From positions 1 to 64,000 of the IMG/VR virus record IMGVR_UViG_3300018424_005577: 64,000 nt of DNA. One strand, given 5' to 3'. Shown in pieces: positions 49,323 to 58,076 of the stretch. The notes under the pieces are model-generated. The model saw only the letters and a program-made list of their open reading frames with translations, was not told the DNA's origin and did not search any database. The translations under genes and the position numbers were made by a program. Position 1 is the stretch's first letter; each line of letters starts with the position of its first letter. This DNA comes from a virus.

Positions 49323-52016
49323 TTAGAATCCTATATTAGCACCGTTTTCTCTTGCTTGTAAAATATTATTAATTCTTTGTTCTTCATTTCTTCTTGCAAT
49401 TATGCGCTGTGCCGCGGCTTCGTCGCCTGCGCCAGATTCAACATCAGCGCCGCTGTCGTCTGTGTTAGGATTTGCCGAGCCTGAACCGTTAGCATTTGTA
49501 CCTCCAGTTCCTCCTTGACTTCCGCTTTCTGCGTCTGCACCGTTAAAGGTGCCTGCTGGGCTTGAAGGTGTTTCTGCTATAGATGCGCCTCCTGCACCTT
49601 CTACTACTACTTCGTTATTTTGACTTGTTGCATCAGCAGTTACGTCATCTTCTTGGTTTCTGCGTCTAATTGTTTTCATCTCTTGAGTAAATTTTCCGCC
49701 GTTAAATTTGTTTAAAACATAAATTACTTGATATAATCCGCTAAATGCTCCAATTGGTTTTGTACCCAATCCCGGGAAGTCCATAAAGCCATCTGCGCCA
49801 ATATCTAAGGGAGTTCTAAAATTAATTAATACATCTACTTCACCGGATTGATAATCCATTGTACCATCAGTTGTAAGATTCATTGCTTCTGCAATTTCTC
49901 CTGCACTATAATTTCCCATTCCGCTATCTGCAATATAATAAGGGTCTCCCCATATTTCTAAATCTGCACTAATCAAATCAACAGGGGAGTTAACTATTGC
50001 ATCATTGAATGCTCTAGCAACTGCGGTCTCAGGATGATTTTGTACTGTTCCGCCTAAGCCTGTGTTAGATCTAGTACTTTGTCCTGTTGACGATGTTCCT
50101 GAGCTAGATCTGTTAGCATTATTTCCTACATTTCTACGATGCAATGGATGATCAGGAGCTTGTGTTAGAGAACTCGATCCAGCAGTTTGCTGGTCTTGTC
50201 CTAATTGTCCCATATCACTTTGTATTGCTGTAAAGAAGGCGCCATCAACTTGTATGTCAAAGTTTATAATATCGTCGTTGTCTCCAGTATAGATATAATC
50301 ATACTGTTTTAATGCTTGACGTTTTAAATTTGATATACCCGGAGTAGGTGCTGTTGGCGAATTAATTCTTGAAGTATTAATTTTATAAGGAACTACTCTA
50401 TACACATAAACTTTTGGTGTCTTGCCTGTCTGATCAACATTTGCACTATCTGTTACATTGTAAACATCAGTTTCAATTCTAAACCAAGTTTTATTTCCGT
50501 TTTCATCAGATGCTTCTGTAACAAATTGTCTACCATACTCCGAAAGTAAAACTAATTCTTCAATTATATCTTGTATTCTAGTTCCCTTTTTAAAGTTTAT
50601 TCTACGGCCTTCGTCACTAATTTGCATAGGTCCTCTTGTAAATATACCTTCGTTATTTTCATCCCTCACAAATGCAGGCCTGCCAAAATACTGTTGTCCG
50701 CTATCGAGATAACTTTTTACAATAGAAGAAGTTCCTATAGCATTCATGTTTGACCCTTCTTCTGCAAAATCACGAATACTTTCACCTATAGCACTACGTC
50801 TTACCGTAAGTCCAAGAATACTACTTAATTCTGCATCAAAATCATCAGGTATTTCTCCGCCTTGTATTCCAGATATTGTTTCGAAAATTTCTTGTCTTCT
50901 AGCATCGGTAAATTGTCTAAATTCAGTTGCAGTAGTTGCACCGCTGTCCTCTACAATTTGTCCTAGTAATCCTTCAGTTTCAGAACTTCTTTGTGTAGGG
51001 AAAAGAATAACAAACTGGTCAGCAGTAGAAACGCTTCCGGATTCTTCTTGTTCTACTTGTCTACTGTTTAACATTGTTGCTAAACTTTCTGCACCTGTTT
51101 GTAAAAACTGACCTATTGTTTCACCTTTTATGTCTATATCTTCTTTAATAGTTTGAACAGAATCAGATAGAGCTTGTTCATGCCAGGGTATACCGTCAAC
51201 TTGATATATACTTCCTCCGGCACTTGTATTAAATGTTGCAAGAGCTAATTTCATTGGAAACATTCTTTTTGTTTGCGGAATAGAAATAGGATTGCCATTG
51301 TCGTCCCAACCTACAAATTCAACAGTAAGTAGATAAGGTGCTTCTAAATAATTTTTATGACCAGCTTGTAATGCGCTTATTTGTAATGTTTGTAAAAACA
51401 TCCCCATCGAATAAGGTTCCATTACTTCAAAAGATAAACTAGTTGCATTGGTTTGTTTAGTTTGCGGGGTAGGAGCAATTATTGTGTCAATTTGTACATT
51501 GTCAATAAAATATTCTGTAGTAATATTTCTTTCTTTTTCAAAAAGAGTTTTTACTTGATTGTTGCCTGTTCCGCCGCTTTTTAAAATAACAATACTAGGT
51601 CCGTTTTTTCTATAAGTTGCATCAGGATAATTAATTTCAAAATTAGTTAATGGACCAAATGTGAAAATATAGTTATAACTTGCAAATTGTGCTAATTTGT
51701 TTTTTAAAGGTCCGCCTGTATATCCTATACCTTTAGCACCAGGTTGAACTCCATTGATGCCGCCGCTTCCAACTCTATTTCCGCCTGCACTAGTACTGCC
51801 CCTTCCGAAGTTAAGTAAACCTCCAAACGCATCTGAGATAGCACCTTTGAGCTGATTGGCAGCGCCTTCTACTGCACTGTTTATACCGTCAACAAAAATA
51901 TTAGGAGAATTCCTAATACCATTTATATCTGTCTCAATTTGTCTTCCAAAATCTTCTACAGACTGACCTAGCTGTCTAGCTCTTGCTTCTAAGTTTTGGA
52001 TTCTAAAATCTGCCAT
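49323..52016 (-). CDS. Baseplate hub protein (gp27/gpD-like)
   Basis: Lies between the gp53 and gp5 homologs; C-terminal LEIWGDPY...FSGLYQV..V...F..GKFTQ pattern. Confidence 0.6.
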   Translation of the reverse strand: MADFRIQNLEARARQLGQSVEDFGRQIETDINGIRNSPNIFVDGINSAVEGAANQLKGAISDAFGGLLNFGRGSTSAGGNRVGSGGINGVQPGAKGIGYTGGPLKNKLAQFASYNYIFTFGPLTNFEINYPDATYRKNGPSIVILKSGGTGNNQVKTLFEKERNITTEYFIDNVQIDTIIAPTPQTKQTNATSLSFEVMEPYSMGMFLQTLQISALQAGHKNYLEAPYLLTVEFVGWDDNGNPISIPQTKRMFPMKLALATFNTSAGGSIYQVDGIPWHEQALSDSVQTIKEDIDIKGETIGQFLQTGAESLATMLNSRQVEQEESGSVSTADQFVILFPTQRSSETEGLLGQIVEDSGATTATEFRQFTDARRQEIFETISGIQGGEIPDDFDAELSSILGLTVRRSAIGESIRDFAEEGSNMNAIGTSSIVKSYLDSGQQYFGRPAFVRDENNEGIFTRGPMQISDEGRRINFKKGTRIQDIIEELVLLSEYGRQFVTEASDENGNKTWFRIETDVYNVTDSANVDQTGKTPKVYVYRVVPYKINTSRINSPTAPTPGISNLKRQALKQYDYIYTGDNDDIINFDIQVDGAFFTAIQSDMGQLGQDQQTAGSSSLTQAPDHPLHRRNVGNNANRSSSGTSSTGQSTRSNTGLGGTVQNHPETAVARAFNDAIVNSPVDLISADLEIWGDPYYIADSGMGNYSAGEIAEAMNLTTDGTMDYQSGEVDVLINFRTPLDIGADGFMDFPGLGTKPIGAFSGLYQVIYVLNKFNGGKFTQEMKTIRRRNQEDDVTADATSQNNEVVVEGAGGASIAETPSSPAGTFNGADAESGSQGGTGGTNANGSGSANPNTDDSGADVESGAGDEAAAQRIIARRNEEQRINNILQARENGANIGF

Positions 52017-52017
52017 G

Positions 52018-52320
52018 TTAGATTCCTAAAGTATTTTTTAAGTTACTTTGTTTTGGCAAATAAATTTCTGTACCTGCAACAAAATCATATACAGGATCTT
52101 TTATGATATCCATATTTCGCTGTGCAAAGATCCAATATAATTTATGATCACCGTATAGGTCATAGGCAAGTAGATCTGGTCTATAAGTATACTGCGGTTC
52201 AATAGTATATAATATATCGTCATTCTCAGCCGGTACAGGTCTGATATTCAACGGACCTAAGTATTGTCCGTTGACTACTTTAGTTTTATAATAAGGACTG
52301 CTTTCGTTGTAAATTGCCAT
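52018..52320 (-). CDS. gp53: Baseplate wedge gp53-like / LysM-like protein
   Basis: YTI...YRPDLLAYDLYG...YWIFAQRN...GTEIYLP. Confidence 0.75.
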   Translation of the reverse strand: MAIYNESSPYYKTKVVNGQYLGPLNIRPVPAENDDILYTIEPQYTYRPDLLAYDLYGDHKLYWIFAQRNMDIIKDPVYDFVAGTEIYLPKQSNLKNTLGI

Positions 52321-53129
52321 TATAAATATCCTGTTCCGCTATTTAAAACATATCCGCCTGACACAAATCTATCTAGGCTAAACTTATTAACAGCATCTCT
52401 ACTGTATGCAGGTACTAGTGTAACTGCAATAGTTGATCTAGCTGGTGCCCAAGAACCATTTGCACCTATGTCGGCTTTGATATAGTCAACTTCGCCGGTA
52501 AGTTCAACGTTAAAACTTTGTACTATTACTGGAACATTATTAAAAACATAATCACCGTATCCGTTGAGTTTCACAACTGGAGGAGGTGTACCTTTATTAG
52601 CACTATCACCGTAAGCCATTTTAGTAATACTTTTTAAATAATGTGTTGCCGCTATCCAATATAATGCTTCTTTAGAATTTTCAACTGTAAATTCACCTGT
52701 AATTGTAAACTGATCAACTTGGGCCGCCTCGAAAGCATAGAAAGGATAATTACTATGAGTAGGTTGTAAAGCATTATAATTAGCAGAATGAGTTATGTAA
52801 ACACTAGGTGTGTATGGAAAAACCATAGCATTGCCAGTTTCAGCTAATGGCGCAAGGAGAACACTATCAGTGAATGGATTAGTAGGAGGCAAACTTAGAC
52901 GTACACGCCAATCGGTACTGTTAGTTGAATTCCAAACAGCATTTGTAAATGAACCATCAGGTTTTTCAGCGCCAGGAAGCAGGTTTACTGCTCTTAGAAC
53001 TTTTCCTAAATTAGTATCGTCGAGATAATCGACAACACCTTGTTTAGCTCTTTCTACTATGCGTGTTCCGAAAGTTTGTTCTTCAGAACCTTGTCTAACA
53101 TCTCTACCTTGTGCGGGATTGTTTGCCAT
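52320..53129 (-). CDS. Baseplate tail-tube initiator (gp48/gp54-like)
   Basis: FPYTP...ANY; PPPVVKLNGYG.YVFNNVPVIV.SF, a tube-fold pattern; position in the baseplate module. Confidence 0.6.
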   Translation of the reverse strand: MANNPAQGRDVRQGSEEQTFGTRIVERAKQGVVDYLDDTNLGKVLRAVNLLPGAEKPDGSFTNAVWNSTNSTDWRVRLSLPPTNPFTDSVLLAPLAETGNAMVFPYTPSVYITHSANYNALQPTHSNYPFYAFEAAQVDQFTITGEFTVENSKEALYWIAATHYLKSITKMAYGDSANKGTPPPVVKLNGYGDYVFNNVPVIVQSFNVELTGEVDYIKADIGANGSWAPARSTIAVTLVPAYSRDAVNKFSLDRFVSGGYVLNSGTGYL

Positions 53130-53149
53130 AAGTTGTCTCCTATATACAT

Positions 53150-53157
53150 TATTTAGT
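53150..53157 (-). promoter_or_regulatory. Late promoter variant ACTAAATA for the baseplate operon
   Basis: TAAATA core 20 nt upstream of ATG 53129, followed by an AGGAG Shine-Dalgarno. Confidence 0.65.
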
Positions 53158-53185
53158 TGACAAAATTAACTGCATATATTATAAT
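53157..53185 (+). promoter_or_regulatory. Perfect sigma70 promoter TTGACA-17-TATAAT for gp55
   Basis: TTGACA at 53157-53162, TATAAT at 53180-53185; AGGAG Shine-Dalgarno before 53210. Confidence 0.85.
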
Positions 53186-53209
53186 AGTAACATAATTTTA
53201 GGAGTTTCG

Positions 53210-54043
53210 ATGAGAAAAGTTAATTATTTAAACAACAAGGACATTTTAGCGGAGATACACAAATCCAAAAGCTCTTTTTGCAGTTTTGTTGACCCTGAAT
53301 ACCATCAATTTGACATAATTTTACCAAGTATAGACAAAATCAATATTAGAACCATTGCAGAAGCAAAACGTAACAAAGCAAAAAGGCTTACTGTTGCAGA
53401 ATTTGATAGAAGAAAACAAGCAGGAGAAAAAGTCAAGCAATCAGAATGCGAACACGACTATAAAAAAATTACAAAAGAAGAACTAATTTTTCGTATTATG
53501 AGTTTTGACCATATTCCAGACGAACCTGGTCGCAAGAAAAATCCTAAAACAGTAGCAGACACAAAAGTAAAACTAAACTTTCCTCCATTTCAGCACTACA
53601 AATTTAATGATGAAGGAGAACTAGTATGTGTTGGTAAAAGTCATTGGGTAGGAGGAATGGAAAATGGAAATTTTGATCTTAGATCAGGAAAAGCAACAGA
53701 AAAATTAGCAAGAATGTGGATGAAGTTGTGTGATAGATATGCGACTAGAGGTAATGTTCGCGGATATACCTACAATGACGAAATGCGAGGACAAGCGATA
53801 CTACAACTTGCACAAATTGGACTACAGTTTGACGAGTCAAAGTCCAACAACCCGTTTGCTTACTACACTGCGGCGGTCACAAACTCATTTGTACGTGTTA
53901 TCAACATTGAAAAACGCAATCAAAACATTAGAGACGACATCCTCGAAATGAATGACCTAAATCCTAGTTATACTAGACAACACGCCGGAGAATGGGAAGC
54001 CGCAGTTGCAAGAGAAAAGGCAAAAAGTACTAATAACGGTTGA
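53210..54043 (+). CDS. gp55: Late-transcription sigma factor, T4 gp55-like
   Basis: NYLNNKD.L; GYTYNDEM; FDESKSNNPFAYYT...NSFVR.I..EK; adjacent to gp47/gp46 as in T4-like phages. Confidence 0.88.
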   Translation: MRKVNYLNNKDILAEIHKSKSSFCSFVDPEYHQFDIILPSIDKINIRTIAEAKRNKAKRLTVAEFDRRKQAGEKVKQSECEHDYKKITKEELIFRIMSFDHIPDEPGRKKNPKTVADTKVKLNFPPFQHYKFNDEGELVCVGKSHWVGGMENGNFDLRSGKATEKLARMWMKLCDRYATRGNVRGYTYNDEMRGQAILQLAQIGLQFDESKSNNPFAYYTAAVTNSFVRVINIEKRNQNIRDDILEMNDLNPSYTRQHAGEWEAAVAREKAKSTNNG

Positions 54044-54068
54044 CATTGCTTTAAAAATAGCGTATTAT
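54040..54068 (+). promoter_or_regulatory. Sigma70 promoter TTGACA-17-TATTAT for gp47-gp46
   Basis: TTGACA at 54040-54045 (contains the gp55 TGA stop), TATTAT at 54063-54068. Confidence 0.75.
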
Positions 54069-54097
54069 ATACTAGATCAATATGGAGAAATTACGTT

Positions 54098-55108
54098 TTG
54101 TTTAAAAAAGCGGCTGTGTTTACCGATATTCACTTCGGTTTAAAAGGAAATAGCAGAGTACACAACGATGATTGTGAAGAATTTGTAGATTGGTTTATAG
54201 AACAGGCAAAAGCTAACGGTTGTGAAACTGCAATCTTCTGTGGAGATTGGCATCATAACAGAAATAGTCTAAATCTAACTACAATGGATGCAACTATTCG
54301 AAGTTTAGAAAAAATAGGTAAATCTTTTGAGAAGTTTTACATGTTTGTAGGCAATCATGACTTGTATTACAAAGACAAGCGTGATGTAAGTTCAACTATA
54401 TTCGGAAAACATATTGATGGTGTTACATTTGTAGATGAAATCTATGAACAAGACGATGTAGCACTTGTTCCGTGGCTTGTCGGCGACGAATGGAAGAAGA
54501 TTGAAAAAATTAAAGCCAAATATATGTTTGGACATTTTGAACTGCCGAGTTTCTATATGAATGCTATGGTGCAAATGCCTGATCATGGTGATCTACGTGC
54601 TGAGCATTTTAAAAATCAAGACTATGTTTTTAGCGGGCACTTTCATAAACGTCAAGTACAAGGCAAAATACATTACATTGGTAATGCGTTTCCTCACAAC
54701 TATGCAGATGCATGGGATGACGAACGCGGTATGATGATACTTGATAAAGAAAATGGTAAAGAACCTGAGTACATTAACTGGTGGAACTGTCCTAAGTATC
54801 GTACAACTACACTAAGCAAACTGTTGGATCCAAATGCAGACATTATAAAACCTAAAATGTATTTGCGTGTTACTATTGATGTTCCTATTAGTTACGAAGA
54901 AGCACAGTTTATCAAAGAAACATATATTTCTCAATATAATTGTAGAGAAATAACACTAATACCGCAAAAACAAATTGAAGAAATTACAACTGACTTAGAT
55001 ATCTCAGCATTTGAAAGTGTTGACGAAATTGTATCTAAAGAAATAACTGCAATTGATTCAGAAAACTTTAACAAAAAAATGTTACTAGACATTTACAATG
55101 AGTTATAA
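54098..55108 (+). CDS. gp47: Recombination endonuclease subunit (Mre11/SbcD-like), TTG start
   Basis: Metallophosphoesterase motifs DIHFG, GDWHH, GNHD, GHF, SGHFH. Confidence 0.92.
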   Translation: MFKKAAVFTDIHFGLKGNSRVHNDDCEEFVDWFIEQAKANGCETAIFCGDWHHNRNSLNLTTMDATIRSLEKIGKSFEKFYMFVGNHDLYYKDKRDVSSTIFGKHIDGVTFVDEIYEQDDVALVPWLVGDEWKKIEKIKAKYMFGHFELPSFYMNAMVQMPDHGDLRAEHFKNQDYVFSGHFHKRQVQGKIHYIGNAFPHNYADAWDDERGMMILDKENGKEPEYINWWNCPKYRTTTLSKLLDPNADIIKPKMYLRVTIDVPISYEEAQFIKETYISQYNCREITLIPQKQIEEITTDLDISAFESVDEIVSKEITAIDSENFNKKMLLDIYNEL

Positions 55109-56881
55109 ATGATAAAAGTAAAAGATCTTACAGTAAAAAACTTTATGAGTGTGGGTAATCAAACTCAGGCTGTTGATTTCAACAGAGAAAAGTTAACGTT
55201 GGTGCTAGGTGAAAACTTAGATCAGGGAGGTGACGATTCTGGCTCACGAAACGGTACAGGTAAAACTACGATAATCAATGCATTATCCTACGCCTTGTAC
55301 GGCCAAGCACTAACAAACATCAAGCGAAACAACCTTATCAATAAAACTAACAGTAAAGGTATGGTTGTTTCGCTTGACTTTGAAAAGGATGGACAAACAT
55401 ATAGAATCGAAAGAGGCCGTTCACCTACATTCTTAAAGTTTTATGTAAACGATCAAGAGCAAGAAGCTGAAGACGAATCGCAAGGCGACAGTCGTAAAAC
55501 GCAAGAGTACATTAATGACTTGTTAGGTATGAGTCATGACATGTTCAAGCATATTGTTGCACTGAATACATATTCAGAACCATTCCTTGCAATGCGTCAA
55601 AATGATCAACGTGCTATAATTGAACAACTTCTCGGTATTACTATATTATCAGAAAAAGCAGATGCTCTCAAAGAACAAATACGTGTTACTAAAGAAAGTA
55701 TTACTCAGGAAACACTTAAGATAGATGCTATCAATAGTGCAAACGCACACATTGAAGATACTATTAAAAGTCTTAAAACTAAACAAAGTGCATGGAACTC
55801 TAAAAAACAACAAGATCTTGGAAGATTACAACAAGGATTAGATGAATTAGAGCATCTAGACATTGATGCAGAACTAGATGCACACGAAAAACTGTCTAGT
55901 TGGACAGAAATGAACAATGCTATTTTGGCTCTTAATAAAGAAAAAAGCACACTAGATGGTGCGTTACTACAAGCTGATAAACGTGTTAAAAAGATTGAAA
56001 AAGATGTCTTAGATCTTGAAGATGCAGTATGTTATACATGCGGACAATCACTTCATGAAGATAAAAAACAAGAAGTCTTATCACAAAAAGCAACCGAATT
56101 AGAAGAAGCAATAGCTTATCAGACTGATGTTACTAATAAACTAAACGGAGTATTAAAGAATCTCGACGACATTGGTGATATTAACGGTAAACCATCAACG
56201 TTTTACGAAACTGCTAAAGAAGCATACGATCATCGAAACAATGTGGATAATCTAAAACAAGCAGTTCGGACAAAAGAAGATGAAACAGATCCTTATGACA
56301 GTCAAATAAAAGAATTAACACAAGAAGCAATACAAGAAGTTGACTGGACACCTGTAAATGACCTTACAAATCTTAAAGATCATCAAGAATTCTTATTAAA
56401 ATTACTTACAAACAAAGATAGTTTCATTCGTAAAAAGATTATTGAGCAAAATCTAGCATATCTAAACAACCGACTAACATATTATCTTGATAAACTAGGG
56501 TTGCCTCATCAAGTTCTTTTCCAAAACGATCTAAATGTTGAGATTACCCAACTAGGACAGGACTTAGACTTTGATAATTTGTCAAGAGGTGAGCGTAACA
56601 GACTTATTTTAGGTTTAAGTTTTGCATTCCGTGATGTTTGGGAAAGTTTATATCAAAATATTAATTTGTTATTCATTGACGAGTTGATTGATAGCGGTAT
56701 GGACACAGCAGGTGTTGAAGGATCTCTTGCTGTTCTCAAAAAAATTGCACGTGAACGTGATAAAAATATTTTCTTAATCAGTCACAAAGATGAACTAGTC
56801 GGTCGTGTAAACACGATATTAAAAGTTGTAAAAGAAAATGGATTTACAAGTTATGAAAACGATTTGGACGTAGTAGAATGA
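55109..56881 (+). CDS. gp46: Recombination ATPase subunit (Rad50/SbcC-like)
   Basis: KNFMSVG, NGTGKT Walker A, coiled coil with CYTC hook, LSRGE signature, FIDE Walker B, ISH. Confidence 0.93.
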   Translation: MIKVKDLTVKNFMSVGNQTQAVDFNREKLTLVLGENLDQGGDDSGSRNGTGKTTIINALSYALYGQALTNIKRNNLINKTNSKGMVVSLDFEKDGQTYRIERGRSPTFLKFYVNDQEQEAEDESQGDSRKTQEYINDLLGMSHDMFKHIVALNTYSEPFLAMRQNDQRAIIEQLLGITILSEKADALKEQIRVTKESITQETLKIDAINSANAHIEDTIKSLKTKQSAWNSKKQQDLGRLQQGLDELEHLDIDAELDAHEKLSSWTEMNNAILALNKEKSTLDGALLQADKRVKKIEKDVLDLEDAVCYTCGQSLHEDKKQEVLSQKATELEEAIAYQTDVTNKLNGVLKNLDDIGDINGKPSTFYETAKEAYDHRNNVDNLKQAVRTKEDETDPYDSQIKELTQEAIQEVDWTPVNDLTNLKDHQEFLLKLLTNKDSFIRKKIIEQNLAYLNNRLTYYLDKLGLPHQVLFQNDLNVEITQLGQDLDFDNLSRGERNRLILGLSFAFRDVWESLYQNINLLFIDELIDSGMDTAGVEGSLAVLKKIARERDKNIFLISHKDELVGRVNTILKVVKENGFTSYENDLDVVE

Positions 56882-56905
56882 GTTAATGTGTTATATTAGG
56901 TTACC

Positions 56906-57115
56906 ATGAGTGAAATAAAAGACGATATACATGACCAACTAACAAAGGCATACATGGAATATTTTAAGGCAAACGAAAAGTTTGAGTCTAGAAATTCTGT
57001 GAGAACACATCGTGAAGCACGGAAATGGTTGCGAATTATTAGAAGTTTAGCAAAACAACGCATGGAAGAAATACATTCAAAACACACAACCAAAAAAGAA
57101 GGCAACAAAGAATAG
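56906..57115 (+). CDS. Small basic helical protein (possible nucleic-acid binding)
   Basis: 69 aa, Arg/Lys-rich helix REARKWLRIIRSLAKQR; co-oriented with neighbours. Confidence 0.55.
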   Translation: MSEIKDDIHDQLTKAYMEYFKANEKFESRNSVRTHREARKWLRIIRSLAKQRMEEIHSKHTTKKEGNKE

Positions 57116-57133
57116 GCACAGGTAAGTAAGTTC

Positions 57134-57583
57134 ATGCAGTGGACTTACAAAGGCAAAGTAATAGACAAAATACCAGACGAGTATGAAGGCTTTGTATATC
57201 TCATAACCAATCTTAAAACTGGGCAAAAGTACGTAGGCAAGAAACTAGCAAAGTTCAAAACAACAAAACCTCCGCTAAAAGGCAAAAAGAACAAACGCAG
57301 AGGCTACAAAGAATCAGACTGGCGTGACTATTGGGGAAGTTCTGATAGATTAAACGCAGATGTAGCAAAGCTAGGCGAAAAAAACTTCACTAGAGAAATA
57401 CTATACCTATGTAAAGGCAGGGGCGAAATGTCCTATATTGAGGCAAGAGAGCAATTTGACCGCCGTGTATTAGAGACGGATGAGTATTATAATGGAATTA
57501 TTAATGTTAGAGTTGGCGGTTCCGATAAATTGCGCAAGGCTTTGCTAGAACACACCATCAAGGCAAAACAATCCAACACATAA
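57134..57583 (+). CDS. GIY-YIG family nuclease (Seg-like), single domain
   Basis: GFVYLITN...KYVGKK, YWGSS, F.REIL, E, YYN; 149 aa with a basic insert. Confidence 0.8.
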   Translation: MQWTYKGKVIDKIPDEYEGFVYLITNLKTGQKYVGKKLAKFKTTKPPLKGKKNKRRGYKESDWRDYWGSSDRLNADVAKLGEKNFTREILYLCKGRGEMSYIEAREQFDRRVLETDEYYNGIINVRVGGSDKLRKALLEHTIKAKQSNT

Positions 57584-57586
57584 GGT

Positions 57587-57949
57587 TAGCGGGCCAGTTT
57601 AGAAATACCGCTGTGGAAAAAGCACTCGTATAGAGGCACACGTAACACGTTGAGCGGCGTTCGGTAGTAGAGCGTTTGATTGACGTAGATGGAATGTTGG
57701 CTGTCGAAAAACTGCAAAGTACATAAAAACCGTATGCACAGGAACGAAGCAACGGGTAGCGCAAGCGATGTCGACGTAGGTTGGGAAAGGTCAGAGCCCA
57801 TTGTACAGCAGAAAATACCTACTTCCAAGTCTCGGCTGTGACGAACTCACATGAAGCGAATTTTGAGACAGGCTGGAACCGTAACAGGTTCCGTCTGACT
57901 GAAACAATCTACATGAAACTTAGACGCTTTACTTCGTAAAGCGTTTTTT
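57587..57949 (+). ncRNA. Candidate structured non-coding RNA (~360 nt), family unknown
   Basis: Longest intergenic gap in the window; 48% GC over 57601-57900 by hand count; many nested stems, a long-range GTAGAT/ATCTAC pair, and a 3' terminator. Confidence 0.55.
57924..57949 (+). terminator. Rho-independent terminator
   Basis: ACGCTTTAC-TTC-GTAAAGCGT followed by a T run. Confidence 0.8.
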
Positions 57950-58002
57950 CATATATAATCACTTCTATCATACAAAACGAAGTGTATAGTTTGAGCGATA
58001 GC

Positions 58003-58030
58003 GAAAACAAATATCTACGAAGTAGATATT
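58003..58030 (-). terminator. Hairpin, possible minus-strand terminator
   Basis: Minus strand reads AATATCTAC-TTC-GTAGATATT then TGTTTTC. Confidence 0.45.
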
Positions 58031-58040
58031 CAAAAAGATA

Positions 58041-58048
58041 ACTAAATA
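58041..58048 (+). promoter_or_regulatory. Late promoter variant ACTAAATA
   Basis: TAAATA core 28 nt upstream of ATG 58077. Confidence 0.6.
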
Positions 58049-58076
58049 CATTATAAGTTAGGAAAAGATTAAGCCG

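Noticed and set aside
52321-52328. Exact TATAAATA on the plus strand
   Set aside because: Antisense to the baseplate operon with no downstream plus-strand gene; likely chance in AT-rich DNA.
1070-53028. Numerous short plus-strand ORFs antisense to the long minus-strand genes
   Set aside because: They lie within well-supported genes, lack motifs, and show the composition expected of antisense shadows.
57587-57949. Identification as tRNA, tmRNA, RNase P RNA, group I/II intron or hammerhead ribozyme
   Set aside because: No cloverleaf or T-loop, no GAGGAAAGTCC, no full domain V, no split host gene; CTGACTGAAAC lacks hammerhead stem II.
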